Origin: Acetobacteraceae bacterium
Lineage (GTDB): Bacteria > Pseudomonadota > Alphaproteobacteria > Acetobacterales > Acetobacteraceae
Direction of reading: 5' to 3'
DNA: 64,000 nt
Assembly (NCBI GenBank): GCA_027451405.1
Contig: DAIDJM010000024.1
Location: 1,411-65,410 of the forward strand
The notes under the pieces were generated by a model that was not told the DNA's origin, ran no database searches, and saw only the letters and a list, made by a program, of their open reading frames with translations. Both the position numbers and the translations under genes were made by a program. How positions within the stretch are numbered: position 1 is the first letter of the stretch; every line of letters begins with the position of its first letter. Shown here one piece after another: positions 17,632-24,898 of the stretch.

Positions 17632-17743
17632 AGCGTATTGGAGAACCGGTTCTGGCGGCCGGCTGATGGCGATTGGCTGCGCTCCGGCGCGCAAAAATCA
17701 CCGCCAGCCGACAAATCCTGACCGGTTTTCAAACACGCTCTAG
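17628..17743 (+). repeat. PAL-B copy B3 (short, 116 nt)
   Basis: CTAGAGCGTATTGGAGAACCGGTTCTGGCGGCCGGCTGATGGCG...CACCGCCAGCCGAC...ACCGGTTTTCAAACACGCTCTAG. It contains the stop codon of the DUF3035 gene. Confidence 0.85.
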
Positions 17744-17825
17744 GCTCTTTGATGTTGCTCTAGGAAACCGCCCTTACGGTGGGGTGGCGAGTGGAAGAGT
17801 CGGGTCTTCCGGTCGCCGTGGGCCT

Positions 17826-17954
17826 GTGAAGACATTCGGTATGGCACGTCAGCTGGCGGTGGTTCTGGAGCAGCGGAGCGGAGCGCACGTCCTTGCGTGA
17901 GCCCCGGAGCGCCGAGACCGACCGTCAGATGGCCGCCAGACCCGATGTCTTCAC
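17826..17954 (-). repeat. PAL-B copy B4 (reverse orientation)
   Basis: Outer 10-bp perfect arms GTGAAGACAT...ATGTCTTCAC. Core motifs match B2. The right arm contains the mutL ATG at 17929. Confidence 0.85.
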
Positions 17955-19674
17955 GGGCTCCATCCGGCAGTTGCCGACCGGGCTGGTGAACCAGATCGCC
18001 GCGGGCGAGGTGATCGAGCGGCCGGCGGCGGTGGCCAAGGAGCTGGTCGAGAATGCGCTCGATGCCGGGGCGCGGCGCATCGAGGTGGCGATCGAGGGGG
18101 GCGGGGTCGCGCGCACCCTCGTGCGCGACGACGGGGCCGGGATCGCGGCTTCCGAGCTGCCGCTCGCGGTGCAGCGCCATTGCACGAGCAAGCTGCCCGA
18201 GGGCGATCTGGTGCGGATCGCGACCTTGGGGTTTCGCGGCGAGGCGCTGCCCTCGATCGGGGCGGCGGCGCGGCTGACGCTGATCTCGCGGCCGCACGGG
18301 GCCGATTCCGCCCACCGGATCACGGTGGAGGGCGGGGCGGTGGGGCCGGTCGTGCCGAGCGCGGGCACGGCGGGCACGCTCGCTTTGGTCGAGGATCTGT
18401 TCTTCGCGACGCCGGCGCGGCGGAAATTCCTCAAAAGCGCGCGGAGCGAGGCGGAGGCGGCCGAGGCCGCGGTGCGGCGGCTGGCCTTCGCCGCGCCCGG
18501 GGTCGCGTTCCGGGTGACGGTCGAGGGGCGGGTCGCGATCGAGCGGCCGGCCGAGGCGCGGGCGGCGCGGACCGGCGCGCTGCTGGGCGGGGATGGGGCG
18601 GCGCTGCTGCCGGTCGAGGGCGAGAGGGGGGAGCTGCGGCTCGCCGGGTTCGCCGCCCCGCCTTCGGTGACGCGGGCGAGTGCGGCTGGGATTTCGCTCG
18701 TGGTAAATGGGCGGCCGGTGGCCGATCCGATGCTGCGGACGGCGCTGCGCATCGCCTATCGCGGCGTGATCGAGGCGGGGCGCTATCCGGTGGCGGCGCT
18801 CTGGCTCGATCTGCCGCCCGAGGGGCTCGATGTGAACGTGCATCCGGCCAAGAGCGAGCTGCGCTTCCGCGATCCGGACGCGGTGCGGGGGCTGATCATC
18901 GGCGCGGTGCAGCGGGCGCTCGGCGCGGGGGCCGGGATGGCGGCGCCGCGGGTGGGCTGGGCGCCCGCCATGCGGCCGGGGCTGGCGCTGCGCGCGCCGG
19001 CGCCCGTGTCTCCGGGGATGGCGGAGGCGGCGCTGCCGTTCGCGGCGGCGCCTGCGGCGCGGAATTTCGTGGCGGAGGCGCCGCCGCCGGAGCATCCGCT
19101 GGGGGCGCCGGTCGCGCAGGTGCTCGACACCTATGTCGTGTCGGTGACGGCGGACGGGGCGCTCGTGCTGGTCGATCAGCACGCGGCGCATGAGCGGCTG
19201 ACGCAGGAGGCGCTGGCGGCGCAGCTTGTCACGGGCGGGGCGCGGGCGCAGCCACTGCTGGTGCCGGCGGTGGTCGATCTGCCGGAGGGCGCGGCGCGGC
19301 GCGTGGGCGAGGCGGCGGCGGCGCTGGCGCGGCTCGGGCTCGAGCTCGAACCGTTCGGGGCGGGGGCGGTGCTGGTGCGGGCGCTGCCGGCGCTGCTGGG
19401 GGCGGCCGATCCGGCGCCGCTCGTGCGCGACATCGCCGACGAGCTCGAGGCGTCGGGGGAGACGACGGCGCTGGAAGCGCGGCTCGATGCGGTGATCGCG
19501 CGGATGGCCTGTCATGGGAGCATCCGGTCGGGGCGGCGGCTGTCGCTGGCGGAGATGGCGGCGCTGCTGCGGCAGATGGAGGCGACGCCGCGGGCGGCGA
19601 CCTGCAGCCATGGACGGCCGACGTTTTTGCGGCTGTCGCGGGAGGAGATCGAGAAGTTGTTCGGCCGGCGTTGA
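17929..19674 (+). CDS. mutL: DNA mismatch repair protein MutL
   Basis: IRQLPTGLVNQIAAGEVIERPAAVAKELVENALDAGA, with C-terminal ...ACHGSIRSGRRL...CSHGRPT. Confidence 0.9.
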   Translation: MAARPDVFTGSIRQLPTGLVNQIAAGEVIERPAAVAKELVENALDAGARRIEVAIEGGGVARTLVRDDGAGIAASELPLAVQRHCTSKLPEGDLVRIATLGFRGEALPSIGAAARLTLISRPHGADSAHRITVEGGAVGPVVPSAGTAGTLALVEDLFFATPARRKFLKSARSEAEAAEAAVRRLAFAAPGVAFRVTVEGRVAIERPAEARAARTGALLGGDGAALLPVEGERGELRLAGFAAPPSVTRASAAGISLVVNGRPVADPMLRTALRIAYRGVIEAGRYPVAALWLDLPPEGLDVNVHPAKSELRFRDPDAVRGLIIGAVQRALGAGAGMAAPRVGWAPAMRPGLALRAPAPVSPGMAEAALPFAAAPAARNFVAEAPPPEHPLGAPVAQVLDTYVVSVTADGALVLVDQHAAHERLTQEALAAQLVTGGARAQPLLVPAVVDLPEGAARRVGEAAAALARLGLELEPFGAGAVLVRALPALLGAADPAPLVRDIADELEASGETTALEARLDAVIARMACHGSIRSGRRLSLAEMAALLRQMEATPRAATCSHGRPTFLRLSREEIEKLFGRR

Positions 19675-19700
19675 CGCGGGATGCGTCCAGGCGGAGGCGT

Positions 19701-19758
19701 GCCGCCGGCGGCCCGGGCTCTGCCCGGGACAAGCTGGGGCCGAACGGCCCCCGATCCC
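19701..19758 (-). repeat. REP-A copy A7 (reverse, degenerate)
   Basis: GCCGCCGGCGGCCCGGGCTCTGCCCGGGACAAGCTGGGGCCGAACGGCCCCCGATCCC. Confidence 0.7.
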
Positions 19759-19919
19759 ACGACTTCGAACAGGTCTTGTCGGACGAGGCGATTTTCTGAA
19801 TTGCCGGGGGGGCCTTTCGGCCGTCCGGCGCGAAATTCGCCGGAGCGCACCGAATTCGGAATTCGCCAGGATTTTTCTGCCGGGTGCACGATAGACCCGG
19901 CGCGTGACGCGGCCGCGGA

Positions 19920-20810
19920 ATGCAGCTCGACGGCAGCGAGCCGGGCATCGGCGCCATCACGGTCGCTGGCAGCGTCGATGTGGTGAATGGCACGACCGCC
20001 TATCCCGCCGGCACGATCGGCAATACCGGCAATCTGACGATCGATTCGCTGGGCAACGGTACCGCGCTCTGGCTTGCAAGCCAGAGCGTGACGCTGACCG
20101 GCGGCGGCACCCTCACGATGACCGACAACGCGAACAACAGCTTCTTTGGCAACGCGCTCTACTTCCCGCTGGTGAACAGCAACAATCTCATCACCGGCGC
20201 GGGGCAGCTCGGCGGCAACCGCAGCAGCTTCACGAATATCGGCGCGAGTCTGACGACCATTGCCGCCGGAGGCAGCCTCGCGATCGGCGCTGCCGGGGCT
20301 TTGTCGGTTGCCGCCAAAACGCTGTCGGATGCAGGCCAGGTGTCGCTGGCGCGTGCCACGCTGACCGCGACATCGCTGGCGGTCGTGCAAACGGGCACGC
20401 TCAGCGGGTTTGGCACCGAGAAGGGCAGCGTCGCTGAGACCGGCAGCGTGATTGCCGCTGGCGGGACGCTCGACGTGACCGGGAGTCTCGCCGCGGCAGG
20501 AACATTATCTACTGACAACAAGGCCGCGGCGCTGATCGGCGCGAAGCTGACGGTGCAGAGCGTGGCGTTCGCGGCGGCGCAGGCGCTGGCGATCGGGTCG
20601 GTGAGCGGGCTCCGGGCTGTGCCCGATCCCCCGGTGGTGACGGCCGGGGCTGGGTTGCACGAGGTCGCGGCGGGGCTGCCTCGGGCTGCGGGGGCGATGT
20701 CTGCCTTCGCGACGCCGGAGCGGTTCCCGACGATGTCCGGGACGGAGCCGCATATCGCCGGGGATGCCTGGGTAGGGCTGATCCCGCTCGGGCATATGCT
20801 TGCCGGGTAA
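19920..20810 (+). CDS. Repetitive Gly/Thr/Ala-rich beta-helix-like protein; no signal peptide seen
   Basis: 296-aa ORF with recurrent G(T/S)L(T/S) motifs: GNLTIDSLGNGTALWLASQSVTLTGGGTLTMTDNANN. This resembles adhesin or autotransporter passenger repeats, but function and start are unknown. Confidence 0.45.
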   Translation: MQLDGSEPGIGAITVAGSVDVVNGTTAYPAGTIGNTGNLTIDSLGNGTALWLASQSVTLTGGGTLTMTDNANNSFFGNALYFPLVNSNNLITGAGQLGGNRSSFTNIGASLTTIAAGGSLAIGAAGALSVAAKTLSDAGQVSLARATLTATSLAVVQTGTLSGFGTEKGSVAETGSVIAAGGTLDVTGSLAAAGTLSTDNKAAALIGAKLTVQSVAFAAAQALAIGSVSGLRAVPDPPVVTAGAGLHEVAAGLPRAAGAMSAFATPERFPTMSGTEPHIAGDAWVGLIPLGHMLAG

Positions 20811-20962
20811 AGCGGGCTGCGCAGCCGCGCTTGTCACGGTGGAGATCGAGCTGGCGGCCGACCTGGCGGATCGGTGGCGGCGGAGCGGGGTTCGCGCGGG
20901 CCGCGCCGGCGGAGGGTGGTCGCTGGCTGCCACGCGAACACGTTTGGCAGCCTATTGTTGAT

Positions 20963-22897
20963 ATGATAGCTCCTGCTCCCGCCAAAGGGGAGTGTCCCGT
21001 GACCGAACCGGTTCGCCTCGTCATCTGGGATCTGGATGAGACTTTCTGGCGGGGAACGCTGACCGAGGGCGGCATTCGCGAATACGTCGCCGAGCATCAC
21101 GAACTCGTCGTGGAACTCGCTCGCCGCGGCATCATCAGCTCGATCTGCTCAAAGAACGACGAAGCGACGGTTCTCGGAATTCTCGAGGAGCGTGGTATCC
21201 GCGACTATTTCGTGTTTCCCAGTATCTCGTGGGAACCGAAGGGGATGCGGATCGCCGCGATGATCGAGGCGATCGGATTGCGTCCCGCGACCGTTTTGTT
21301 CGTCGACGACAATCCCAACAATCTTGCCGAGGCGCAGGCCTGTGTTCCGGGCTTGCAGGTCGCGGACGAACGCTTCATTGCCGCGATGCCGGACGACCCG
21401 CGGTTTCGCGGCAAGAGCGACCCGGATCTGACGCGCCTTCAGCAATATCGGCTGCTCGAACAGAAGCGGCGCGACGAACGGCAGGCCGGCAGCGACAACA
21501 GCGCCTTCCTGCGCAGTTGCGACGTGCAGGTGTATATTGAATTCGCGGTCGAAGAGCATATCGACCGGGCGGTCGAGCTGATCAATAGAACGAACCAGCT
21601 CAATTTCACGAAGCGGCGCCTGCCCGAGGATCCGCAGGCCGCGCGGGAGGCGCTGCTGGCGGAGATCAACAGCTTCCGCAACCAGGCCGGACTGGTGCGA
21701 GTGCGGGACCGGTATGGCGATTACGGGTTCGTCGGTTTTTATTGCGTGACCAACCGGAGCAAACGGACCAAGCGGCGCGGTCTCGTGCATTTCTGCTTCT
21801 CGTGCCGCACGCTCGGTATGCTGGTCGAGCTGTGGGTCTATCGCTGGCTGGGTTCACCCGAGATCGAGGTGTCCGGCGAGGTGCTGACCGATCTGCGCTC
21901 GGAGCGAGAAGTGGATTGGATACGGCTGGTCTCCTCGCTGGATGACGCGGGCCCGCCGGTCCCGCCGGTCGCGCCGCTCGTGCGCGTCAATGGCGGCTGC
22001 GAGGCCAACGCGGTCGGCCATTACCTCTCGATGCATGCGCCGCAGATCGAGCTGTTCGGCAATTTCGCGGCGGGAGGGTTGTTCGTGCGCCAGAACAGCG
22101 CGCCGCTGCTGATCGCCATGGCGGATGCGCGGCCGGAGGTCATCGAGGCGGAGATGGGCGCGCTCGGGGTGCCGCCGGACCGCATGGCCAGCCGCTATTT
22201 CGATCCCGCGCCACCGGGAACGCTGTTTGTCTTCAGCGGCGGCTTCGACGCCATGCAGGGCCGCCGCTATCGCCACCGTGAGCACGGGCTGGAACTGCGG
22301 GTCGAGATCGAGTCGTCGATTCTCGTGAACATGGCAGCCCCGACTCGCATGGATATGCGCAAGCTCGAGGACCTGAAAATCTCGCCGGTGGCGAGGCGAC
22401 AAGTGGATGCCGCGCTCGCGCATATGCAGAAACATTACGTATCCGTCCGCCCCGACACGCCCGAGGCGTTTGCCCCGGCCATGACCGCGCTGTTCGCGCG
22501 GATTCCCGTAGGCAGCCGGCTCATCCTCGTGCTCGATGATGATCGTCTCCGGAGCCGCGACGGCGTGCTCAAGACGCTTCCGGAAATCACCGCCTACCGG
22601 GCCTGGGTCGAGTGCATCGCCGCCGATCTGCCGTGGGTAGGGCTGGTACGCTTCACGGACGTGATCCACAGCGAGGACGAGATCCAGATTGGCATCGCGC
22701 ACTACGACCGCATGGTCTATTGCCGGCTCGCGGACGCGATCGTGGCCGTGGCGCGCGACCTTCCCGCGAAGGCTGGGGCTTTGCCCCCTCGTGATCGGTT
22801 GTTGAATCGATGGCGCACGCGATGGCGAGCCCACTTTGGTCGGAGGGACCCCGACCCGATTACGTCAGAAGTCGCTTCAGCCAGCACAGTTTGTTAA
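20963..22897 (+). CDS. FkbH-like HAD-IIIC phosphatase-domain protein with a large C-terminal region of unknown function
   Basis: VRLVIWDLDETFWRGTL (HAD DxDxT motif), SICSKND, LFVDDNPNN and NRTNQLNFT. A spot count gives ~57% GC. The last ~45 codons are REP-A-derived (copy A8). Confidence 0.7.
   Translation: MIAPAPAKGECPVTEPVRLVIWDLDETFWRGTLTEGGIREYVAEHHELVVELARRGIISSICSKNDEATVLGILEERGIRDYFVFPSISWEPKGMRIAAMIEAIGLRPATVLFVDDNPNNLAEAQACVPGLQVADERFIAAMPDDPRFRGKSDPDLTRLQQYRLLEQKRRDERQAGSDNSAFLRSCDVQVYIEFAVEEHIDRAVELINRTNQLNFTKRRLPEDPQAAREALLAEINSFRNQAGLVRVRDRYGDYGFVGFYCVTNRSKRTKRRGLVHFCFSCRTLGMLVELWVYRWLGSPEIEVSGEVLTDLRSEREVDWIRLVSSLDDAGPPVPPVAPLVRVNGGCEANAVGHYLSMHAPQIELFGNFAAGGLFVRQNSAPLLIAMADARPEVIEAEMGALGVPPDRMASRYFDPAPPGTLFVFSGGFDAMQGRRYRHREHGLELRVEIESSILVNMAAPTRMDMRKLEDLKISPVARRQVDAALAHMQKHYVSVRPDTPEAFAPAMTALFARIPVGSRLILVLDDDRLRSRDGVLKTLPEITAYRAWVECIAADLPWVGLVRFTDVIHSEDEIQIGIAHYDRMVYCRLADAIVAVARDLPAKAGALPPRDRLLNRWRTRWRAHFGRRDPDPITSEVASASTVC
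22768..22857 (-). repeat. REP-A copy A8 (reverse, long variant) inside the 3' end of the FkbH-like CDS
   Basis: Aligns with the reverse complement of A4 and with A15: GGGGCTTTGCCCCCTCG...ATCGATGGCGCACGCGATGGCGAGCCC...GGTCGGAGGGACCCCGACCC. Confidence 0.65.
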
Positions 22898-22927
22898 AAC
22901 GTGCGTTCAGATTGACTTATCACGACT

Positions 22928-22986
22928 GCCTCCGGCGGCCAGAGTCTCCGCCTCCGCGCGCCGCTGGAGCCGAAAGGCCCCAGACC
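22928..22986 (-). repeat. REP-A copy A9 (reverse); left half of an empty doublet
   Basis: GCCTCCGGCGGCCAGAGTCTCCGCCTC...GCTGGAGCCGAAAGGCCCCAGACC. Confidence 0.8.
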
Positions 22987-23033
22987 TCGGCATTTGAAAA
23001 ATCGCCTGGTCCGGCGCCGCTTATTGGAAATCG

Positions 23034-23092
23034 TGGGGCTTGGGGCATTTCGGCCGCAGCGGGTCCCGAGCAAGGCCCAGGAATGGTGAGGC
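23034..23092 (+). repeat. REP-A copy A10 (forward, degenerate); right half of an empty doublet
   Basis: GGGGCTTGGGGCATTTCGGCCGCAGCGGGTCCCGAGCAAGGCCCAGGAATGGTGAGGC. The spacer to A9 is 47 nt. Confidence 0.65.
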
Positions 23093-23244
23093 GACCCTCA
23101 ACCCAGACGCATCCCGCTCGAGCCCTCTATGTTCGAAGCTTCGTCAGCCTGACCGCTTCCGGTCAGGCTGACGCTGCTGTAATTCCGCCGTCGCCCGGCA
23201 CGTAAAAGCGCTTGGCTTTGTCTCCTGAGAAGGAGGAATCGCCG

Positions 23245-24681
23245 CTACTGAACGATCACAGTGACCGGCGCTGAGGCGATGCCGTTGGTCACCACCGCTA
23301 GCGTGCTCGCGCCGGTCTCGGCGTTGGTGGGTATGACGACGTGCGCGGTGACGGTCTTGGGATTGCCGAGCGCGAGCGAGCTGAAGCCCCTCGTCTTGGC
23401 GTAGGCGACGTGGCCGGTCGCGGTGTTGGTGACGCGCACGAGCGGGTAGTTGGTGGCGCTCTGGTAATCGTCGCCGTAGGCGGCGCCCTGGCTTCTGCCG
23501 CTGAAGAGCGTGCCGGAGATCATGAATGAGGTGCCGCGGGTGACGGTCGCTGGAAACGAGCCGATATGCGGCACGGATCCGGCATTGGGCGCGCCCGCCG
23601 GGGTGAAGAATTGCACCGTTCCGGTCTGGTCGGTGACCATGATCTGGCCCGTGGGCAGCACGAGGAAATTGAGCGTGTAGGAAGGCTGCTTGGCGGCGCC
23701 CGTGTAGGCCGGGAGCGGATTGAGCGCGGTGCCCGTGAATTCATAGAAACTGGTGGGTTTGTTGAACACGCCGGGGCTGGCGGCGACGATCACGCGGCCG
23801 CTCGGTTCGAGGGCGGCGGGGCCGTCGGCGACGTCGAGCTGGCCGCTGCTGCTGGTCGGGAAGTCAGGGCCGGCGGACCAGGTGCCGGTTTTGATCGTAT
23901 AGATGCCGGTATGGCCGGTGGCGCCGGCGGCGAAGACGGTGCCGTTCGGCCGCAGCACTTGCGGGCCCATTTCATGGCTGCCGCCGCCCGAGGCGGTGAG
24001 GTCGGGGAGCTCGGCGACCGTGTCGCCGGCGAAACTCCAGACACCCTTGCTGAAGATTTCGGTGTGTTTGAGATCGCTGGTGTCGTTGGTGTCGACGGTG
24101 AGGATGCCGCGGGCGCCGGGGAGCAGGGTCCAGCCTTCCTCGTCGTTGATATCGGCCTTGGCCGCGGTGTTGACCGCGGTCCAAGTCAGTGTCTTGGCAT
24201 TGAGAATGGCCTGCTGCGCGGTGCAGCAATTGGCGAGCATGTAGGTGCCGTTGGGGCGCACGATGCTCTGCGCGTCGCCGATCGTGGTCCAGCCGGCGGG
24301 CGGGGCGACGGAGGTCCAGGCATTGGTCGCCGGATCGTAGATCGCGCCGAGCGTGGTCCAGACGCCGGTGCTGGTGCCGTTATATTCGCCGCCGTTCACG
24401 ATCAGCCTGCCATCGGGCAGGACCGCGGCAGCGCGGTAGAGCGGCGCGTAGCCGGCGGGCATCGAGGCGATCTGAGACCAGGTGCCGTTGACGTAACTGC
24501 CCTGATTGTCGGGCGTGAGCTTCCACCAGGTGCCGCGGTTGACGCCCTGGACGAGCACGCTGCCGTCGGTGAGCAGCTCCTGGCCCGTGACGGCGGCACC
24601 AGGGCCGGCTTTAGCGGTCCAGCTTTGGGCCAGAGCCGACGCGGGCAGCGCAGCCGCGAGAATGGCGAGAGGTAGGCGCAT
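23245..24681 (-). CDS. Secreted Kelch/galactose-oxidase-like beta-propeller protein with C-terminal Ig-like domain
   Basis: Signal peptide MRLPLAILAAALPASALAQS. Repeated ...DGR(L/V)IV.GG... blades, e.g. AAAVLPDGRLIVNGGEY. C-terminal beta-sandwich-like tail ...TVTAHVVIPTNAETGASTLAVVTNGIASAPVTVIVQ. Confidence 0.65.
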   Translation of the reverse strand: MRLPLAILAAALPASALAQSWTAKAGPGAAVTGQELLTDGSVLVQGVNRGTWWKLTPDNQGSYVNGTWSQIASMPAGYAPLYRAAAVLPDGRLIVNGGEYNGTSTGVWTTLGAIYDPATNAWTSVAPPAGWTTIGDAQSIVRPNGTYMLANCCTAQQAILNAKTLTWTAVNTAAKADINDEEGWTLLPGARGILTVDTNDTSDLKHTEIFSKGVWSFAGDTVAELPDLTASGGGSHEMGPQVLRPNGTVFAAGATGHTGIYTIKTGTWSAGPDFPTSSSGQLDVADGPAALEPSGRVIVAASPGVFNKPTSFYEFTGTALNPLPAYTGAAKQPSYTLNFLVLPTGQIMVTDQTGTVQFFTPAGAPNAGSVPHIGSFPATVTRGTSFMISGTLFSGRSQGAAYGDDYQSATNYPLVRVTNTATGHVAYAKTRGFSSLALGNPKTVTAHVVIPTNAETGASTLAVVTNGIASAPVTVIVQ

Positions 24682-24743
24682 GGGTTCCCCCGAATGGTGA
24701 CCGTTGCGAGCCTAGCAGGCGGAACGGGGTTGCCAAGGGAGGC

Positions 24744-24887
24744 GGAAAAGGTCTTCTTTTTCTGAAGAAAAAGAAGCAAAAAGACTTTTTTTCTTTGGGA
24801 CTGTGGAGGTTGAAGCGCACGTCCGATGCGTCAACCACCTCGTTCAGGTGAAAAGTTTTTTTGGTTCTTTTTTTTCAAAAAAAGAAC
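24744..24887 (-). repeat. ATR-C copy C2 (reverse orientation)
   Basis: Its reverse complement has the same layout as C1 and C3: hairpin A, CAAAAAAACTTTTC, a different GC-rich core, AAGTCTTTTTG, hairpin B. It starts 11 nt after the typA stop. Confidence 0.85.
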
Positions 24888-24898
24888 ATCTCTTTTCC

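Noticed and set aside
19760-19919. Possible upstream coding continuation or signal peptide for the beta-helix-like protein (19920..20810).
   Set aside because: I could not find an open in-frame extension with a plausible start or a hydrophobic leader. The region contains degenerate repeat fragments. The gene is left as called, with low confidence.
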